A DNA stretch of 64,000 nt from a virus: the IMG/VR virus record IMGVR_UViG_3300034988_000024. One strand, 5' to 3'. The notes below the pieces were generated by a model. That model saw only the letters and a list, made by a program, of their open reading frames with translations. It was not told where the DNA came from and did no database searches. Positions 53,730 to 63,398 of the stretch are shown piece after piece; within the stretch, counting starts at the first letter, position 1; each line of letters opens with the position of its first letter. A program made the translations under genes and the position numbers.

Positions 53730-54056
53730 TCACACCTCTCTCTTATCGCGCCACCGCTTGTACTCGTCGTTGTGCTGAGTCCCGCTCTTAACTGCACCGC
53801 AATGGAAACAGCGCAGTTCGAATTTCTGCGAGTCGCCGTCATCCACGAATGAGTCGACGTACTCGTAGTCGTGGCGTCCAAGCTTGCAGAGCATCTCGTC
53901 GAACTCAACGCGTATCGATGTCTGCTGCTCTTCGGTTAGCCCTTCCCATTTCAGATGGGAGAGCGGCCAGCCGTCAGAAGACATCATCGTGGGCCGGATC
54001 TTCGCCATAAGCTTGGACCAGAACGTGATCATATCGCCGTAGAACAGGGCCATCAC
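53730..54056 (-). CDS. hypothetical protein (108 aa)
   Basis: ORF. Confidence 0.4.
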   Translation of the reverse strand: MMALFYGDMITFWSKLMAKIRPTMMSSDGWPLSHLKWEGLTEEQQTSIRVEFDEMLCKLGRHDYEYVDSFVDDGDSQKFELRCFHCGAVKSGTQHNDEYKRWRDKREV

Positions 54057-54598
54057 TCTTCTCCGATGAACGACTTCAGCGCCTTGACGTACCAGACGCC
54101 CTCGATGTCTTCGTCGGCGATCTGAGTAAGCTGGTCCTCACTCTCGATCGGTGACCACCAGGACTCAGCTCCCATGACGATACGGCGAAGCTCAGGGACG
54201 ACGATCGCCGGGTTGTAGTGCGTCGGCGATGCAGTCAACACTCCACTCTCGGCGTGAAACGTTATTCCGACACCGAGGGGAAGGTCGCCGACGAGGATGC
54301 CGACGTAGGTCTTCTCCTCATTACAAGGCTTGACCTGGACGAGCCTCGGCGGAAAGTCTCGGCCCATCCCGTCTTCCCAGTTGATGCCGTGGACCTCGAT
54401 CGGGTACTCGAAGGTACCCCAGGGTTCCTCGGCGCACATCTCGGCGAGGACGTCGGCACAGACCTTCTCGTCGTCTGGCGCTTCGAGGCTCGCGCGATAG
54501 ATCTCGCGCCTCTGCTCTTCGAGGCTCTTTATCTGGGCGGCGATGGCTTCCAACCGCTCCTTCGGGGTCAGCTTCAACGTGTCGGGGTCAGACATCAT
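54053..54598 (-). CDS. hypothetical protein (start trimmed to MMSDPD; SD AGAGAGG)
   Basis: ORF. Confidence 0.45.
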   Translation of the reverse strand: MMSDPDTLKLTPKERLEAIAAQIKSLEEQRREIYRASLEAPDDEKVCADVLAEMCAEEPWGTFEYPIEVHGINWEDGMGRDFPPRLVQVKPCNEEKTYVGILVGDLPLGVGITFHAESGVLTASPTHYNPAIVVPELRRIVMGAESWWSPIESEDQLTQIADEDIEGVWYVKALKSFIGEE

Positions 54599-54762
54599 TC
54601 GCCTCTCTTGGGGGCTAACAGGGCATTGTTCTGGAAAAAGTGGTAGTGCACAGTGGCCGAATTGTGGCGCCGGGTGCATGCAGTGCCCCGTGCCGTGTTC
54701 GAACCACGGGCATATCCCAGCAGGTTCCGCCTTTCCCATGAAGAACCCCTGACTAGACGCTC

Positions 54763-56562
54763 TTACTCGTCGGCCTCGGCCGCAACCTTCTGGTCGCTGG
54801 ATCGCTTGACGGTGATCTCGACCTTGTCTCCGTCCTGAAGACCATCGAGTTGTCCCGCGATGGACTCGCTGAGCGACTGGGCGCTGGACTTTTCCGCCAT
54901 CTCCGGGGTGTCCTCCTGCGCGAACTGCGAGGCGAGGTCAGTCATCGAATCCATCGATGCGATCTCACCGAAGACCGGGAGGAACAGGTCGAGCAGCTCG
55001 TCGCCTGAGTCCTTGGCTTCACCGGTGATGGCTCGGAGGCAGGTGCGCTGCACGAGGTCTGCCTTTGGCACCTTGTCGGAGAAGGCGCTCGACATAAAGT
55101 GGACGAGCGCTGGGATCATGAGTTGCTCGACCTTCTGACCCACCGCTGTCTCAGCGCCTGGGATGTGTTGACCGAGCTTGCTGTGGAAGACGCTGACCAC
55201 TTTCTTGCTCAGGCGTTGTGAGCCCGATATCTTGAGCCCCTCCTGGAAGGCGCTGACGACGCCGGTGCCGGTTTCGAGCGCTGCGTTCTTGATTCTCTCT
55301 GCCATGGTCATCCTCTCTGGATTCGTGGCAGCCTCACGCGCTGCCAACTCTTTCATTCTTTGAGCTTCGAGCTGGTACTGCACCAGCGCGTCGAGCCCGT
55401 GGTAGATATCACCCATTTGGCTGTTCAATTGGCTAATGTTTCCGCCGACATTATTTATCGCTTCGAGAAGCTCTCGGGCGCGCTGCTCGTCCTCCATTCT
55501 CCTTTGGGCGAGCTGCCACTGGTCTGGCTGATAGGGCATCTGCTCTCGGGTCATGCGCAGCTCGCTTGCCACGCTCTCAATGGCTTGAAGAAGCACTGGG
55601 TCCGTCGGTGTCGAGACGAGCTGCGTCTCTGGCTCTGCAATGAGGCCCTGCGCTTCCTGCTCGTCGAGGTTCTTTGCCTGGGCGAGCTGGTTAGTTATTT
55701 CCCAGAGCGTCCTATCGACGTCATTATTGAGAACCGCTTCATTGGTTCTCCATGTTGATACGCCAACGCTCCATTGGAAGCCCTGAATATACTCCTGCCA
55801 CCGATTTTCGAGCGAGATGCTGGAGATGGTGTTGTCGATATCGATGAAGTGTCGCAGAAGCTGTTGCTTGGTAAAGAATGGACGTCTCGCGTCGTTGTGA
55901 TCTTCCAGTTCTGCTGTCGAAAGGAAGCGGTGCAGACCTTCGAGAAATTCGACTCTTGAAATCTTTCGCGAGAAGGGCATCTTATTTTCGTCCTCCTCCT
56001 TTTTTGCGTCGGTGAGGAGTAGCGGATCTCCGGAAATCTTGACCCGCATGCTGTCGAGAAAAACGTTTCGGCCTGTACCTTTCGGTGAAGGCCCTCGAAC
56101 GGTGACGTCGTACACGCCGCCGCCGTGGTGCTTCTTGATGAAGTCAGCGTCGATGGGGTGGTCATAGGTCGCAAGAAACCCAGCAACCTGCTGGCCCTTC
56201 CATGTCTGGGGCTGACATCGCTTGACCTGTATCCCAGTGAAGTCCCTGTGAGCCTTCAGCATGTCACCAATAGTCACGATCTTTGGCGGTCCTCCAGGTC
56301 GGAAAGACGACTTTTGAGCCACTCGCGGCGCGCTTCTTTGGGAGGCGAGGTCTCGGTCGAGTAGCGACAGGTCAGTTGGCTGCTTCACGGAAAGGTCGTT
56401 GTCCCAGTGGCGCAGATAGACGGAGTCACGCGTCCTTGGGACCTCTGGTGAGGTTTCCAGGCGCTGCCAGGTGGCGTCACGCGATGCGCCTACGTCGTCG
56501 GACTGAGGGCCGAAGACGCCGTCGTCATCGTCGTCGCCGAATATCCCGTCTTGGCGACCCAT
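54763..56562 (-). CDS. large hypothetical protein (about 599 aa; start trimmed to MGRQDGIF), coiled-coil-rich C-terminal half
   Basis: ORF; a partial promoter-motif copy (AATATGTAAC) lies just upstream. Confidence 0.55.
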   Translation of the reverse strand: MGRQDGIFGDDDDDGVFGPQSDDVGASRDATWQRLETSPEVPRTRDSVYLRHWDNDLSVKQPTDLSLLDRDLASQRSAPRVAQKSSFRPGGPPKIVTIGDMLKAHRDFTGIQVKRCQPQTWKGQQVAGFLATYDHPIDADFIKKHHGGGVYDVTVRGPSPKGTGRNVFLDSMRVKISGDPLLLTDAKKEEDENKMPFSRKISRVEFLEGLHRFLSTAELEDHNDARRPFFTKQQLLRHFIDIDNTISSISLENRWQEYIQGFQWSVGVSTWRTNEAVLNNDVDRTLWEITNQLAQAKNLDEQEAQGLIAEPETQLVSTPTDPVLLQAIESVASELRMTREQMPYQPDQWQLAQRRMEDEQRARELLEAINNVGGNISQLNSQMGDIYHGLDALVQYQLEAQRMKELAAREAATNPERMTMAERIKNAALETGTGVVSAFQEGLKISGSQRLSKKVVSVFHSKLGQHIPGAETAVGQKVEQLMIPALVHFMSSAFSDKVPKADLVQRTCLRAITGEAKDSGDELLDLFLPVFGEIASMDSMTDLASQFAQEDTPEMAEKSSAQSLSESIAGQLDGLQDGDKVEITVKRSSDQKVAAEADE

Positions 56563-56721
56563 GGTCGTTACATATTCCCTCGATGGCAGAGAAGACGAGC
56601 AGAGGCCATACCTGTCGAATGGATCGGAGATTAGTCCATCGATCCAAAAGACGATATGCTCGTCCCGTCCTGTGCACTCCCTGCCATCCACATTGACACC
56701 TGAGCCATTATATGGAAGAAA

Positions 56722-56739
56722 GGTAGCATATGCAACATC
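56722..56739 (+). promoter_or_regulatory. motif GGTAGCATATGCAACATC, 22 nt upstream of gene 56762
   Basis: Same family. Confidence 0.5.
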
Positions 56740-56761
56740 ATAAAAGGGGGCTCCGGAAAAA

Positions 56762-57073
56762 ATGAAAGCAACCCACGTCAAGCAGGACATCACACCGAGC
56801 GATCTCCATCTATCTCACGGCATGAAAGTCACCATCGACCGCATCATCGCCAAGACGCATGGTGTCCATCTGGTCATCTATTTCTGGGACGGCCGCATGT
56901 GCGTCTTCGAGACGACGAGCGAAGAGCTGAGCCAGATGGGGTTCTACAACGCTGAAGGTGTCGAGGTGTCGAAGGGGTTGGTTGAGAGTGCCTACTCTAT
57001 GGCAATGGCTCAGAGAACCTTCGATCGGCACGCCGAGACGTTCAAGAAGCTGACAGGGCAGATCGAGGGCTGA
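56762..57073 (+). CDS. hypothetical protein (103 aa)
   Basis: ORF with an upstream promoter motif. Confidence 0.5.
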   Translation: MKATHVKQDITPSDLHLSHGMKVTIDRIIAKTHGVHLVIYFWDGRMCVFETTSEELSQMGFYNAEGVEVSKGLVESAYSMAMAQRTFDRHAETFKKLTGQIEG

Positions 57074-57296
57074 AAATACTCTGCTCGAACGCCTCCTTCA
57101 GCTCCTGATCGAGCTTGCAGTACTCACACAGATAGATTCTTGATCCGCTCTCAGGGTGAGTGGCCGGGTACAGCTCTTCGCGCATCAGGCAAGTAAAGCA
57201 CCGGCCCTCGATGCGGAGGTTGCGGATCATGTCGCGACCGTAGCTCGCTCTGTGGGCGGCGAGGATTTTCTCACTAGCTTTCGAGGACATCGGCAA
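57042..57296 (-). CDS. small hypothetical protein (CxxC...CxxC)
   Basis: ORF. Confidence 0.35.
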   Translation of the reverse strand: MPMSSKASEKILAAHRASYGRDMIRNLRIEGRCFTCLMREELYPATHPESGSRIYLCEYCKLDQELKEAFEQSIFSPRSALSAS

Positions 57297-57810
57297 GGGC
57301 TCTTAGGGCTTCTGCTGGAGTCGACCCGATGCAGCGACGCGCGGGATCCAACTCGGCGCAGGTGCCGCCGCCCTCGTCTTCGGGCAGCGTAATGAGACGG
57401 ACGAAGTCGTCCGGAACGATGTTTTCTTCGTCACCAGCCGGAACGTAACCAGCGGCGTTTTCAATATCAGCCTGGAGCGTCTCCAGGTGAGCCAACGTCT
57501 TCCGGAGCGCTGCCCTGAGCCCCTCACCGATCATTCGGCAGAGTTTGATGGTCTCGACCCTGGTCGGCATTTCTCCCAGCGAGACCTGGTCGACGAGCCC
57601 GTCTGGGAGTCCGACGGCGATCTTCATTCCGAGGTGCATACCCTCGTAGCGGTACAGCTCGGCGAGCTGTTTCAAGCTCATGTCATCCGGAACCGTCGCC
57701 TGGATGACCCGCTGAATCCGCTTGATTTGAATCGAGGGCTTCTCTGCCGATTTCTTTTTTCGACGAGACGGTACCCTGTGAGTGACTCGTCCCCTTTTAC
57801 CCTTCCCCAT
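57274..57810 (-). CDS. hypothetical protein with basic N-terminus
   Basis: ORF. Confidence 0.45.
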   Translation of the reverse strand: MGKGKRGRVTHRVPSRRKKKSAEKPSIQIKRIQRVIQATVPDDMSLKQLAELYRYEGMHLGMKIAVGLPDGLVDQVSLGEMPTRVETIKLCRMIGEGLRAALRKTLAHLETLQADIENAAGYVPAGDEENIVPDDFVRLITLPEDEGGGTCAELDPARRCIGSTPAEALRALADVLES

Positions 57811-58024
57811 CGGTGCTCCTGTCGGGTGCGCTGAACTGGACGTCGATCATACCGACCTCGATGGCGGAAAACAAAGCACGCTGAAGGTGACGGATGTCGT
57901 TCTTGACGGCGAGAAGCTGCATCTCTTTCCAGTTGAGTGTCTTGCTCTGTTCCCGAAGAAGCCCTGCGAGCTTCATCGCTTCGAGTAGGTGTGGCCGTCC
58001 TCCTGGTGGGGCGATTGCGGCCAT
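57797..58024 (-). CDS. small hypothetical protein
   Basis: ORF. Confidence 0.35.
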   Translation of the reverse strand: MAAIAPPGGRPHLLEAMKLAGLLREQSKTLNWKEMQLLAVKNDIRHLQRALFSAIEVGMIDVQFSAPDRSTDGEG

Positions 58025-58311
58025 TAGACGAACTCGGAGTCTTTACGAGCCTGCATTTCCAGGTCGATCACCGTCGCTAGGACTGGAGCAATCGCTGTAT
58101 CCAGCCCGCAATGCCCCTTCAGGATCGTCATCATCTTGAGCGCGTCACCGATGAGCGTCTTTTCATTGGGCGTAGTGATCTGCCATTGGCCGGTCGGTAA
58201 GAACTTGATTCCCATTCGACGCTGTTTCTGGTGAATGATCAGGAACTCGCCAGGAGCGGTCCTCTCGATTTCAACGCCTGACTGGATAATGTCGGCTTTG
58301 AGATTGCTCAC
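58024..58311 (-). CDS. small hypothetical protein
   Basis: ORF. Confidence 0.35.
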   Translation of the reverse strand: MSNLKADIIQSGVEIERTAPGEFLIIHQKQRRMGIKFLPTGQWQITTPNEKTLIGDALKMMTILKGHCGLDTAIAPVLATVIDLEMQARKDSEFV

Positions 58312-58320
58312 GTTCTCCTC

Positions 58321-58800
58321 CTACAGGTCGTAGACAACGGTGCGGACGCCCTTGCCTACTAAGGTGGTGTTGATGATGGGCTCGATTTCGTCCCATGTGC
58401 CGCCAGCGAGTCCGCAGCCTATCCGGGGCATGTGAACCGACGCCCCGAGGCTTTTCGCGTGCTCGCAAACCTTATCCAAGCACTCGGCGAGTGCTCGGTA
58501 TCGAATACGGCGTTTTCCTCGGCCGACGCCGTGCTGTGCGATCATGTTTGCGACAGTGATCGTCGCCGATATGTTGACGAACTGCGTCTGCCCCAGCTCA
58601 AAGGGGATGTCGCGAGACTCAACACCCCGTCGCCAGCGCCGGTAGAACATCTCCGGATGCAGCCACCGGCCCGAAAGCGCGCCGGTGAACCCGGCGCCCC
58701 AGCCGCCGATGTCGTTGCAAATGTGGGCGATGATGATCTGCTCGTGCTCACCCTGCTTTGGGTTCTTGACGAGATCCCTCTTGACGTACTCAACTGGCAT
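58321..58800 (-). CDS. macro-domain protein (ADP-ribose binding or processing)
   Basis: IIIAHICNDIGGWGAGFTGALS and HMPRIGCGLAGGTWDEI match macro-domain motifs; SD AAGGGGGGAG; start trimmed to MPVEYVK. Confidence 0.65.
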   Translation of the reverse strand: MPVEYVKRDLVKNPKQGEHEQIIIAHICNDIGGWGAGFTGALSGRWLHPEMFYRRWRRGVESRDIPFELGQTQFVNISATITVANMIAQHGVGRGKRRIRYRALAECLDKVCEHAKSLGASVHMPRIGCGLAGGTWDEIEPIINTTLVGKGVRTVVYDL

Positions 58801-58813
58801 GTTTCTCCCCCCT

Positions 58814-59158
58814 TCAGCTTTCTCCGATAACCTTGTCGCCGATGATAGTTCCCCTCCAGCCATCTTCCGGATCGGACTCCTCGATGGCCTTGAGCAGCTC
58901 CGTCTTGGAGACGATGGGGCCGAAGTCGACGGTAAAGGTCATCGGCATGGCAGGTTCGAGATTTTCGACGATCATCGAAGCCGTGTGGCTGTGAACGGTC
59001 TCAGCCAGGATGAAGGGATTGAGCCCCACCTCCGCCATTTCCTTGAGCAGCTCCTTATAGAACGTCTCTACCGCGGCGGACACGGCCTTCTGTTCGATGA
59101 GGCAAGCAAGTTCATGCGGCGTCACTGGTCGCCGCCTTTCTTGCGTCGTACAGCTCAA
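58814..59158 (-). CDS. hypothetical protein
   Basis: ORF; start uncertain. Confidence 0.35.
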   Translation of the reverse strand: MSCTTQERRRPVTPHELACLIEQKAVSAAVETFYKELLKEMAEVGLNPFILAETVHSHTASMIVENLEPAMPMTFTVDFGPIVSKTELLKAIEESDPEDGWRGTIIGDKVIGES

Positions 59159-59807
59159 CGAATTTTCGGAGAGCGGCCCTGGCGTAGTAGAGGCGCGGAG
59201 CCGGCACGATGCCGATGTCGGAGATTAGCTCGCTCTCGTCACCAACGTCAGCTTCACAGAGGTCGTCGTACAGCGTGTTCTTGACGAAGTACCAGTCTTC
59301 CCACCCCTGCTGCATGGCTTCGAGAGCGTTGCGCCACGCAGCAAGCTCCTTGTCCTCTTTCAGAGCTTCCGCGATGTTGCCTGCCTCGTCTGTGATCTCG
59401 CTGGTGCGTTCCTTGACTCGCTCTTGCAGCTCCCAGATCGCGACCTCGTCGTCGAAGGTGTTGTTGACGCCGGCTACGCCACTCGTGTCCATGCCGATGT
59501 TGCACTTCTCCTGGGCGTATTGGTCTGGGGCTTTGGCGATCCAGCGCGCGGCAGCGATGGGGTCGTCCTCTCCCTTCGGCGGGTGGTAGACCTTGAAGAG
59601 GCAGGTATCGCCGTCGCCGTGGACCAAGATGCCACCGGTAACGATGATGATCTCGGTCCAGTGAAAGCCTTCCCAGCCCTTGGCTGTTTTTCGCTGGATG
59701 AGCCAGCGGCGGTCGCCTTCTCGTTTTATTCGGTGATCCTTGTAGGCGTCGAGAGCGAGCGCCTCCAGTTGTTCCTTGTACTTTTTCAGAGCGTTTTCAG
59801 TGGTCAT
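59112..59807 (-). CDS. hypothetical protein (231 aa)
   Basis: ORF. Confidence 0.5.
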   Translation of the reverse strand: MTTENALKKYKEQLEALALDAYKDHRIKREGDRRWLIQRKTAKGWEGFHWTEIIIVTGGILVHGDGDTCLFKVYHPPKGEDDPIAAARWIAKAPDQYAQEKCNIGMDTSGVAGVNNTFDDEVAIWELQERVKERTSEITDEAGNIAEALKEDKELAAWRNALEAMQQGWEDWYFVKNTLYDDLCEADVGDESELISDIGIVPAPRLYYARAALRKFVELYDARKAATSDAA

Positions 59808-59851
59808 GTAGGCCCCTAGTGATAAACAATTGCTTTCGGTTGCGCCCGTAA

Positions 59852-59867
59852 AGTAACATATGCTACC
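59852..59867 (+). promoter_or_regulatory. motif AGTAACATATGCTACC, 17 nt upstream of gene 59885
   Basis: Same family. Confidence 0.5.
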
Positions 59868-59884
59868 TTGGGTGTCCAGGGAAA

Positions 59885-60472
59885 ATGGAGGCAGCGTTGA
59901 CGGATTCAGTAACGACCTTTGGCTACGAAAAACTCTTTGCGGGACAGCGCGCTCAGCACGCCTTCGCGCTTTACCATCAGCTCAGTGTGCTCTTGCACGA
60001 GAACAGGCAGATTCGGTCGATCGTCGAGCTTGGAACGTCTATGGGTGCAATGTCGATCTATCTCGGTCTGTGGGCCGTGAGGCTCGGCATTCCGATGCAC
60101 ACCTTCGACCAGGATTCTTTTCCCTTTAACAAGGAGCACAACATCGACGACGGGGCGAAGCCCATCTACGATGCGCTCGGGATACAGACGCACTGGACTG
60201 ACATTTTTTCTGACATTGGCAAGCCTCAGGTGATCGAGGCACTGGGAACCGAACCGGCCTACCTCTACTGTGACAACGGCTCTAAGAAATGGGAGTTCTA
60301 CACGTTCGTTCCGCTGATGGCCCCGGGGAGCGTCGTGAGCGTGCATGACTGGCCGGGAGAGGTGGGGCCAGCGGATATAGAAAAGGCCGTCGAGGATCAC
60401 GACCTGAATTTGGAGTCCTGGAACGCCGATAACTGGCAGCCGTTGGCGCTGGCAACCTGGATCGTCCGCTGA
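59885..60472 (+). CDS. class I SAM-dependent methyltransferase-like protein (Methyltransf_24/CmcI-like)
   Basis: Motif I IVELGTSMGAMSIYL. Confidence 0.5.
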   Translation: MEAALTDSVTTFGYEKLFAGQRAQHAFALYHQLSVLLHENRQIRSIVELGTSMGAMSIYLGLWAVRLGIPMHTFDQDSFPFNKEHNIDDGAKPIYDALGIQTHWTDIFSDIGKPQVIEALGTEPAYLYCDNGSKKWEFYTFVPLMAPGSVVSVHDWPGEVGPADIEKAVEDHDLNLESWNADNWQPLALATWIVR

Positions 60473-61051
60473 CTACCACTCGTCCCGGCGAATCTCCGTC
60501 CTCTGGAAGCCGACCAGCCTGAGACCGAGCGCGAAGCGCGCATTCGTATCCTTGAGCATCTCACCGAGAGCATTGGCCAGGACGAAGTTGGTACGGCAGT
60601 CGAAGTCGATGTCGACGACGAGCGGCTGTCTCGGAGGAACCGGGACCGGCTGACCCATGTGAACCGCGGTGCCTCCGCACCCCTGGTCAACCTGGCCGAG
60701 CATGACGGGCATCCTGTAGGTGTCGCCGATGATGACCGTGAACTTGACGTGGGTAGTGAGTCCTAGGTGCTTCGAGCTGATGAGGTAGGGGACGAGCTGG
60801 TGAATGCGGAGCGAATCCTCAGCGACGGTGTATGGGGTCCCTTCAAGCTGGTTGAAGCGCACGCTTTGGCTTTCGAGCATCTCGGGGAGATTGTCTGGGA
60901 AGAGGACGCGTTCGAAGCGCTTCTGCAGGCGAATGGTGCGGATGCCGATCTCGGCGACGCCGACCCAGGGTAGCTCGATGATGCGCTTGATGTTCGGAGG
61001 ATGCTCTTCTTTGTAATGACGCTCTCCGTTGATTTCGGTGATGCTCCTCAT
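60473..61051 (-). CDS. hypothetical protein; weak resemblance to the dCTP deaminase/dUTPase fold
   Basis: LISSKHLGLTTHVKFTVIIGDTYRMPVMLGQVDQGCGG loosely resembles the Dcd central region; low confidence. Confidence 0.4.
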   Translation of the reverse strand: MRSITEINGERHYKEEHPPNIKRIIELPWVGVAEIGIRTIRLQKRFERVLFPDNLPEMLESQSVRFNQLEGTPYTVAEDSLRIHQLVPYLISSKHLGLTTHVKFTVIIGDTYRMPVMLGQVDQGCGGTAVHMGQPVPVPPRQPLVVDIDFDCRTNFVLANALGEMLKDTNARFALGLRLVGFQRTEIRRDEW

Positions 61052-61137
61052 GCCCCCTTCTCCTTCTGCCCGCGTAAGTACTCCATGATCTCCTGAATGA
61101 AGCTGTGTGATGATTCAAGTTCTTTTCGTATCATCGG

Positions 61138-61776
61138 CTAGCCTTCCTGTTTTTTCATGGAGTCGTCTGCGGGGTCTGAGGGCAAAGACCGGGGCTCCGA
61201 AACCTGTTTCTCCTCGATGACATCACCGAGCAGTTTGACCTCGACAGATGCAAACCGATTGACGGGACTTGTAACGCGCTCAATTGAATGGAAGACTTCG
61301 AGCGCCGCGTTGTCGAGCGTCATCACGATCCAAACTCTTGTCTCGTTGTCGATAACGGCAGGGTCCATCGTCCACAGGTTGCAGATTCGCTCTCCGTGGT
61401 CACCGATCTCCCACCGCCCCATGCGCTTGTCGAGGATAATGCCTCCTGGGAAGTAGATCTGCCGGTTCGCTTTCTTCCAAGTGGCCCGGAGAGGGTTTGG
61501 TTCCCTTGAGGTATAGAGCGCGACGGTGAGTCCGCGGACGAGCGTGAGTATTTGCTCTGGGTTCCAGAGCTTGATGATGATCCGCAGCCCGTTGACTATT
61601 GCGTAGCGGTCGGAGCTGAAGTTCTCGAACATGTGCGGGTTGTCGTCCGAGCCGCAAACGATCCGCATCTCGTTATCGGCGCGGGTGATTTCGGTGTGGC
61701 CGTACTCGCCGAGGGCGCCGTCGACGACGTGTGAGCTGCGCAGGGTTAGCTCGTGGTTCTTTCGCTCTGTGAACAT
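61138..61776 (-). CDS. hypothetical protein (212 aa)
   Basis: ORF. Confidence 0.45.
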   Translation of the reverse strand: MFTERKNHELTLRSSHVVDGALGEYGHTEITRADNEMRIVCGSDDNPHMFENFSSDRYAIVNGLRIIIKLWNPEQILTLVRGLTVALYTSREPNPLRATWKKANRQIYFPGGIILDKRMGRWEIGDHGERICNLWTMDPAVIDNETRVWIVMTLDNAALEVFHSIERVTSPVNRFASVEVKLLGDVIEEKQVSEPRSLPSDPADDSMKKQEG

Positions 61777-61785
61777 CTGGACCTC

Positions 61786-62415
61786 CTAGAAATAGCTCGG
61801 TCGCCTTCGGTTTCGTCGCCGCTGGGATTCGAGGAGATCCCGGCACCATGAGAGCTGTTCTTCGCATCGCCGGCCAAAGCGCCTGTGGAGCTTCGACATC
61901 TCCTTCAGGTTGTCTGTGCACAGATCGTCCCAGATGTCGTGGTAGACAAGGTCCCAGTGAGCGCCCTTGGGCGGCTTCCAGGTAAACGCATCGCCGTGGA
62001 TGATCTCCAAGCGGTCTGCGTAGCGCTCCTGCCAGTGCTGGCCGACGAGCGCGATGACGTCCTCTTCCTTCTCGACAACGGTGACGTTGCTTGCTCCGTA
62101 GATGAAGCAGCCGTTCAGGACGCAGCCGAGCCCGAGCCCATGGATGAGCACCGAGGGCTCTTGTGAATCTCGAACCTTTTTCAGGATAGCCCACAGGTCG
62201 TTAAGCTCAGCCGGCGTGTCGGTCATGATGGGGTTGTCGCCCCGAAGCAGGCGAGTGTAGGTGTAGCCGGGCAGGATTTGACGAGCGGGGTCCCGCATGT
62301 TCTGGAGCTGGAAGTGGATGTCGTTCGGATCCGGTGTCCACCTATCGACCGTCCATTTTCCGACGGTGCCTTCCGGGACGTCGACCTGAAGGTCTTTCCA
62401 CGTTCTGAAAGTCAT
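61786..62415 (-). CDS. SAM-dependent methyltransferase-like protein
   Basis: Gly-rich motif I VLIHGLGLGCVLNG, IIHGDAF. Confidence 0.45.
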   Translation of the reverse strand: MTFRTWKDLQVDVPEGTVGKWTVDRWTPDPNDIHFQLQNMRDPARQILPGYTYTRLLRGDNPIMTDTPAELNDLWAILKKVRDSQEPSVLIHGLGLGCVLNGCFIYGASNVTVVEKEEDVIALVGQHWQERYADRLEIIHGDAFTWKPPKGAHWDLVYHDIWDDLCTDNLKEMSKLHRRFGRRCEEQLSWCRDLLESQRRRNRRRPSYF

Positions 62416-62903
62416 TATTCCAATTCTCCAGCGTCGCGAAGGATCTGCTCCAGCTCGCGCCGCGATTCTGGGTGCAAAACAATCTTTTCACGCTGCTTGG
62501 CGTACCAGGCATTGATCGTAGCGAAGCCCTGGGCTTTGCCGGCGCCTCGCCAATCGGCGATCATCTCAAGAAGAAACTCTCTGGGCATCTTGAGCGTCTT
62601 AACCGGCCCGTCGTCTTGCTGGAGCAACCAATACTGCCAGTGGTGAGGGTTGCGGTGGATGTGACGGAGCCATGCCTCGTCGAACGCCTCCTCGGTACCC
62701 GGCTGGTGGAAGTATCCCTCATCGTTCTTCTTGCCGTAGAAGAAGTCTTGATATGGAATCCACTCATCGGGCAGGAACTTCGAGGCGTCGTGGACAAGCC
62801 CTCGGCGAATGAGCCCCATCTTCGCGCACTCGACGAAGACGAACCATTTGTGCTTGGCGATGTACTTGGCGTACTGCGCCGTCTTTTTCAGCAGTGTGAT
62901 CAT
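62415..62903 (-). CDS. conserved phage protein of unknown function (start trimmed to MITLLKK)
   Basis: KHKWFVFVECAKMGLIRRGLVHDASKF block; the Arg-rich N-terminal extension in the track is a frame overlap. Confidence 0.5.
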   Translation of the reverse strand: MITLLKKTAQYAKYIAKHKWFVFVECAKMGLIRRGLVHDASKFLPDEWIPYQDFFYGKKNDEGYFHQPGTEEAFDEAWLRHIHRNPHHWQYWLLQQDDGPVKTLKMPREFLLEMIADWRGAGKAQGFATINAWYAKQREKIVLHPESRRELEQILRDAGELE

Positions 62904-62920
62904 TCTGCCCCTGGATCCTT

Positions 62921-63202
62921 CTATTCGTCCCCAGGACGACTTTCTCCGTTGAAGCTCATCTCCACAGGCACCTCTCTCTCCTCGCTCACGTTGACGATGA
63001 AGCGCTGAGATGCCTTCGACGGAGCGCTCCCGGTGGTGCCGTAGTCGATGGTCTCGCACTCAAGCGAGTCCACATAGAACACCCTGGGGTCCTTGGTGAA
63101 GGTGACCTTGGTTCCGATCGGCATCGGAATGAAGGGCATCGAAAACTTCTTCTCTTCGGTCTCACCCTTGGAAGTCTTGATGATGAAGGTAACGGGGTGC
63201 AT
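62921..63202 (-). CDS. hypothetical protein (93 aa)
   Basis: ORF. Confidence 0.4.
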   Translation of the reverse strand: MHPVTFIIKTSKGETEEKKFSMPFIPMPIGTKVTFTKDPRVFYVDSLECETIDYGTTGSAPSKASQRFIVNVSEEREVPVEMSFNGESRPGDE

Positions 63203-63203
63203 G

Positions 63204-63398
63204 TCAGTCTCCTTTTGATTTTTGTGTTTTTGTACTGCGGAGTGTCAGGGCGGCGACCGCTGCGATGAGGATCACCATATTGTACGGTTCGGGCGTCGGA
63301 TAAGAGGCCAGAGCGAGGATGATGGCCAAAAAGAGGCGAAATCCTGCCGGGAGCCAAGCAATCGCCGTGTCCTGTACATCGTAGACCCACTGTCTCAC
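63204..63398 (-). CDS. small membrane protein
   Basis: Two hydrophobic segments. Confidence 0.35.
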   Translation of the reverse strand: MRQWVYDVQDTAIAWLPAGFRLFLAIILALASYPTPEPYNMVILIAAVAALTLRSTKTQKSKGD

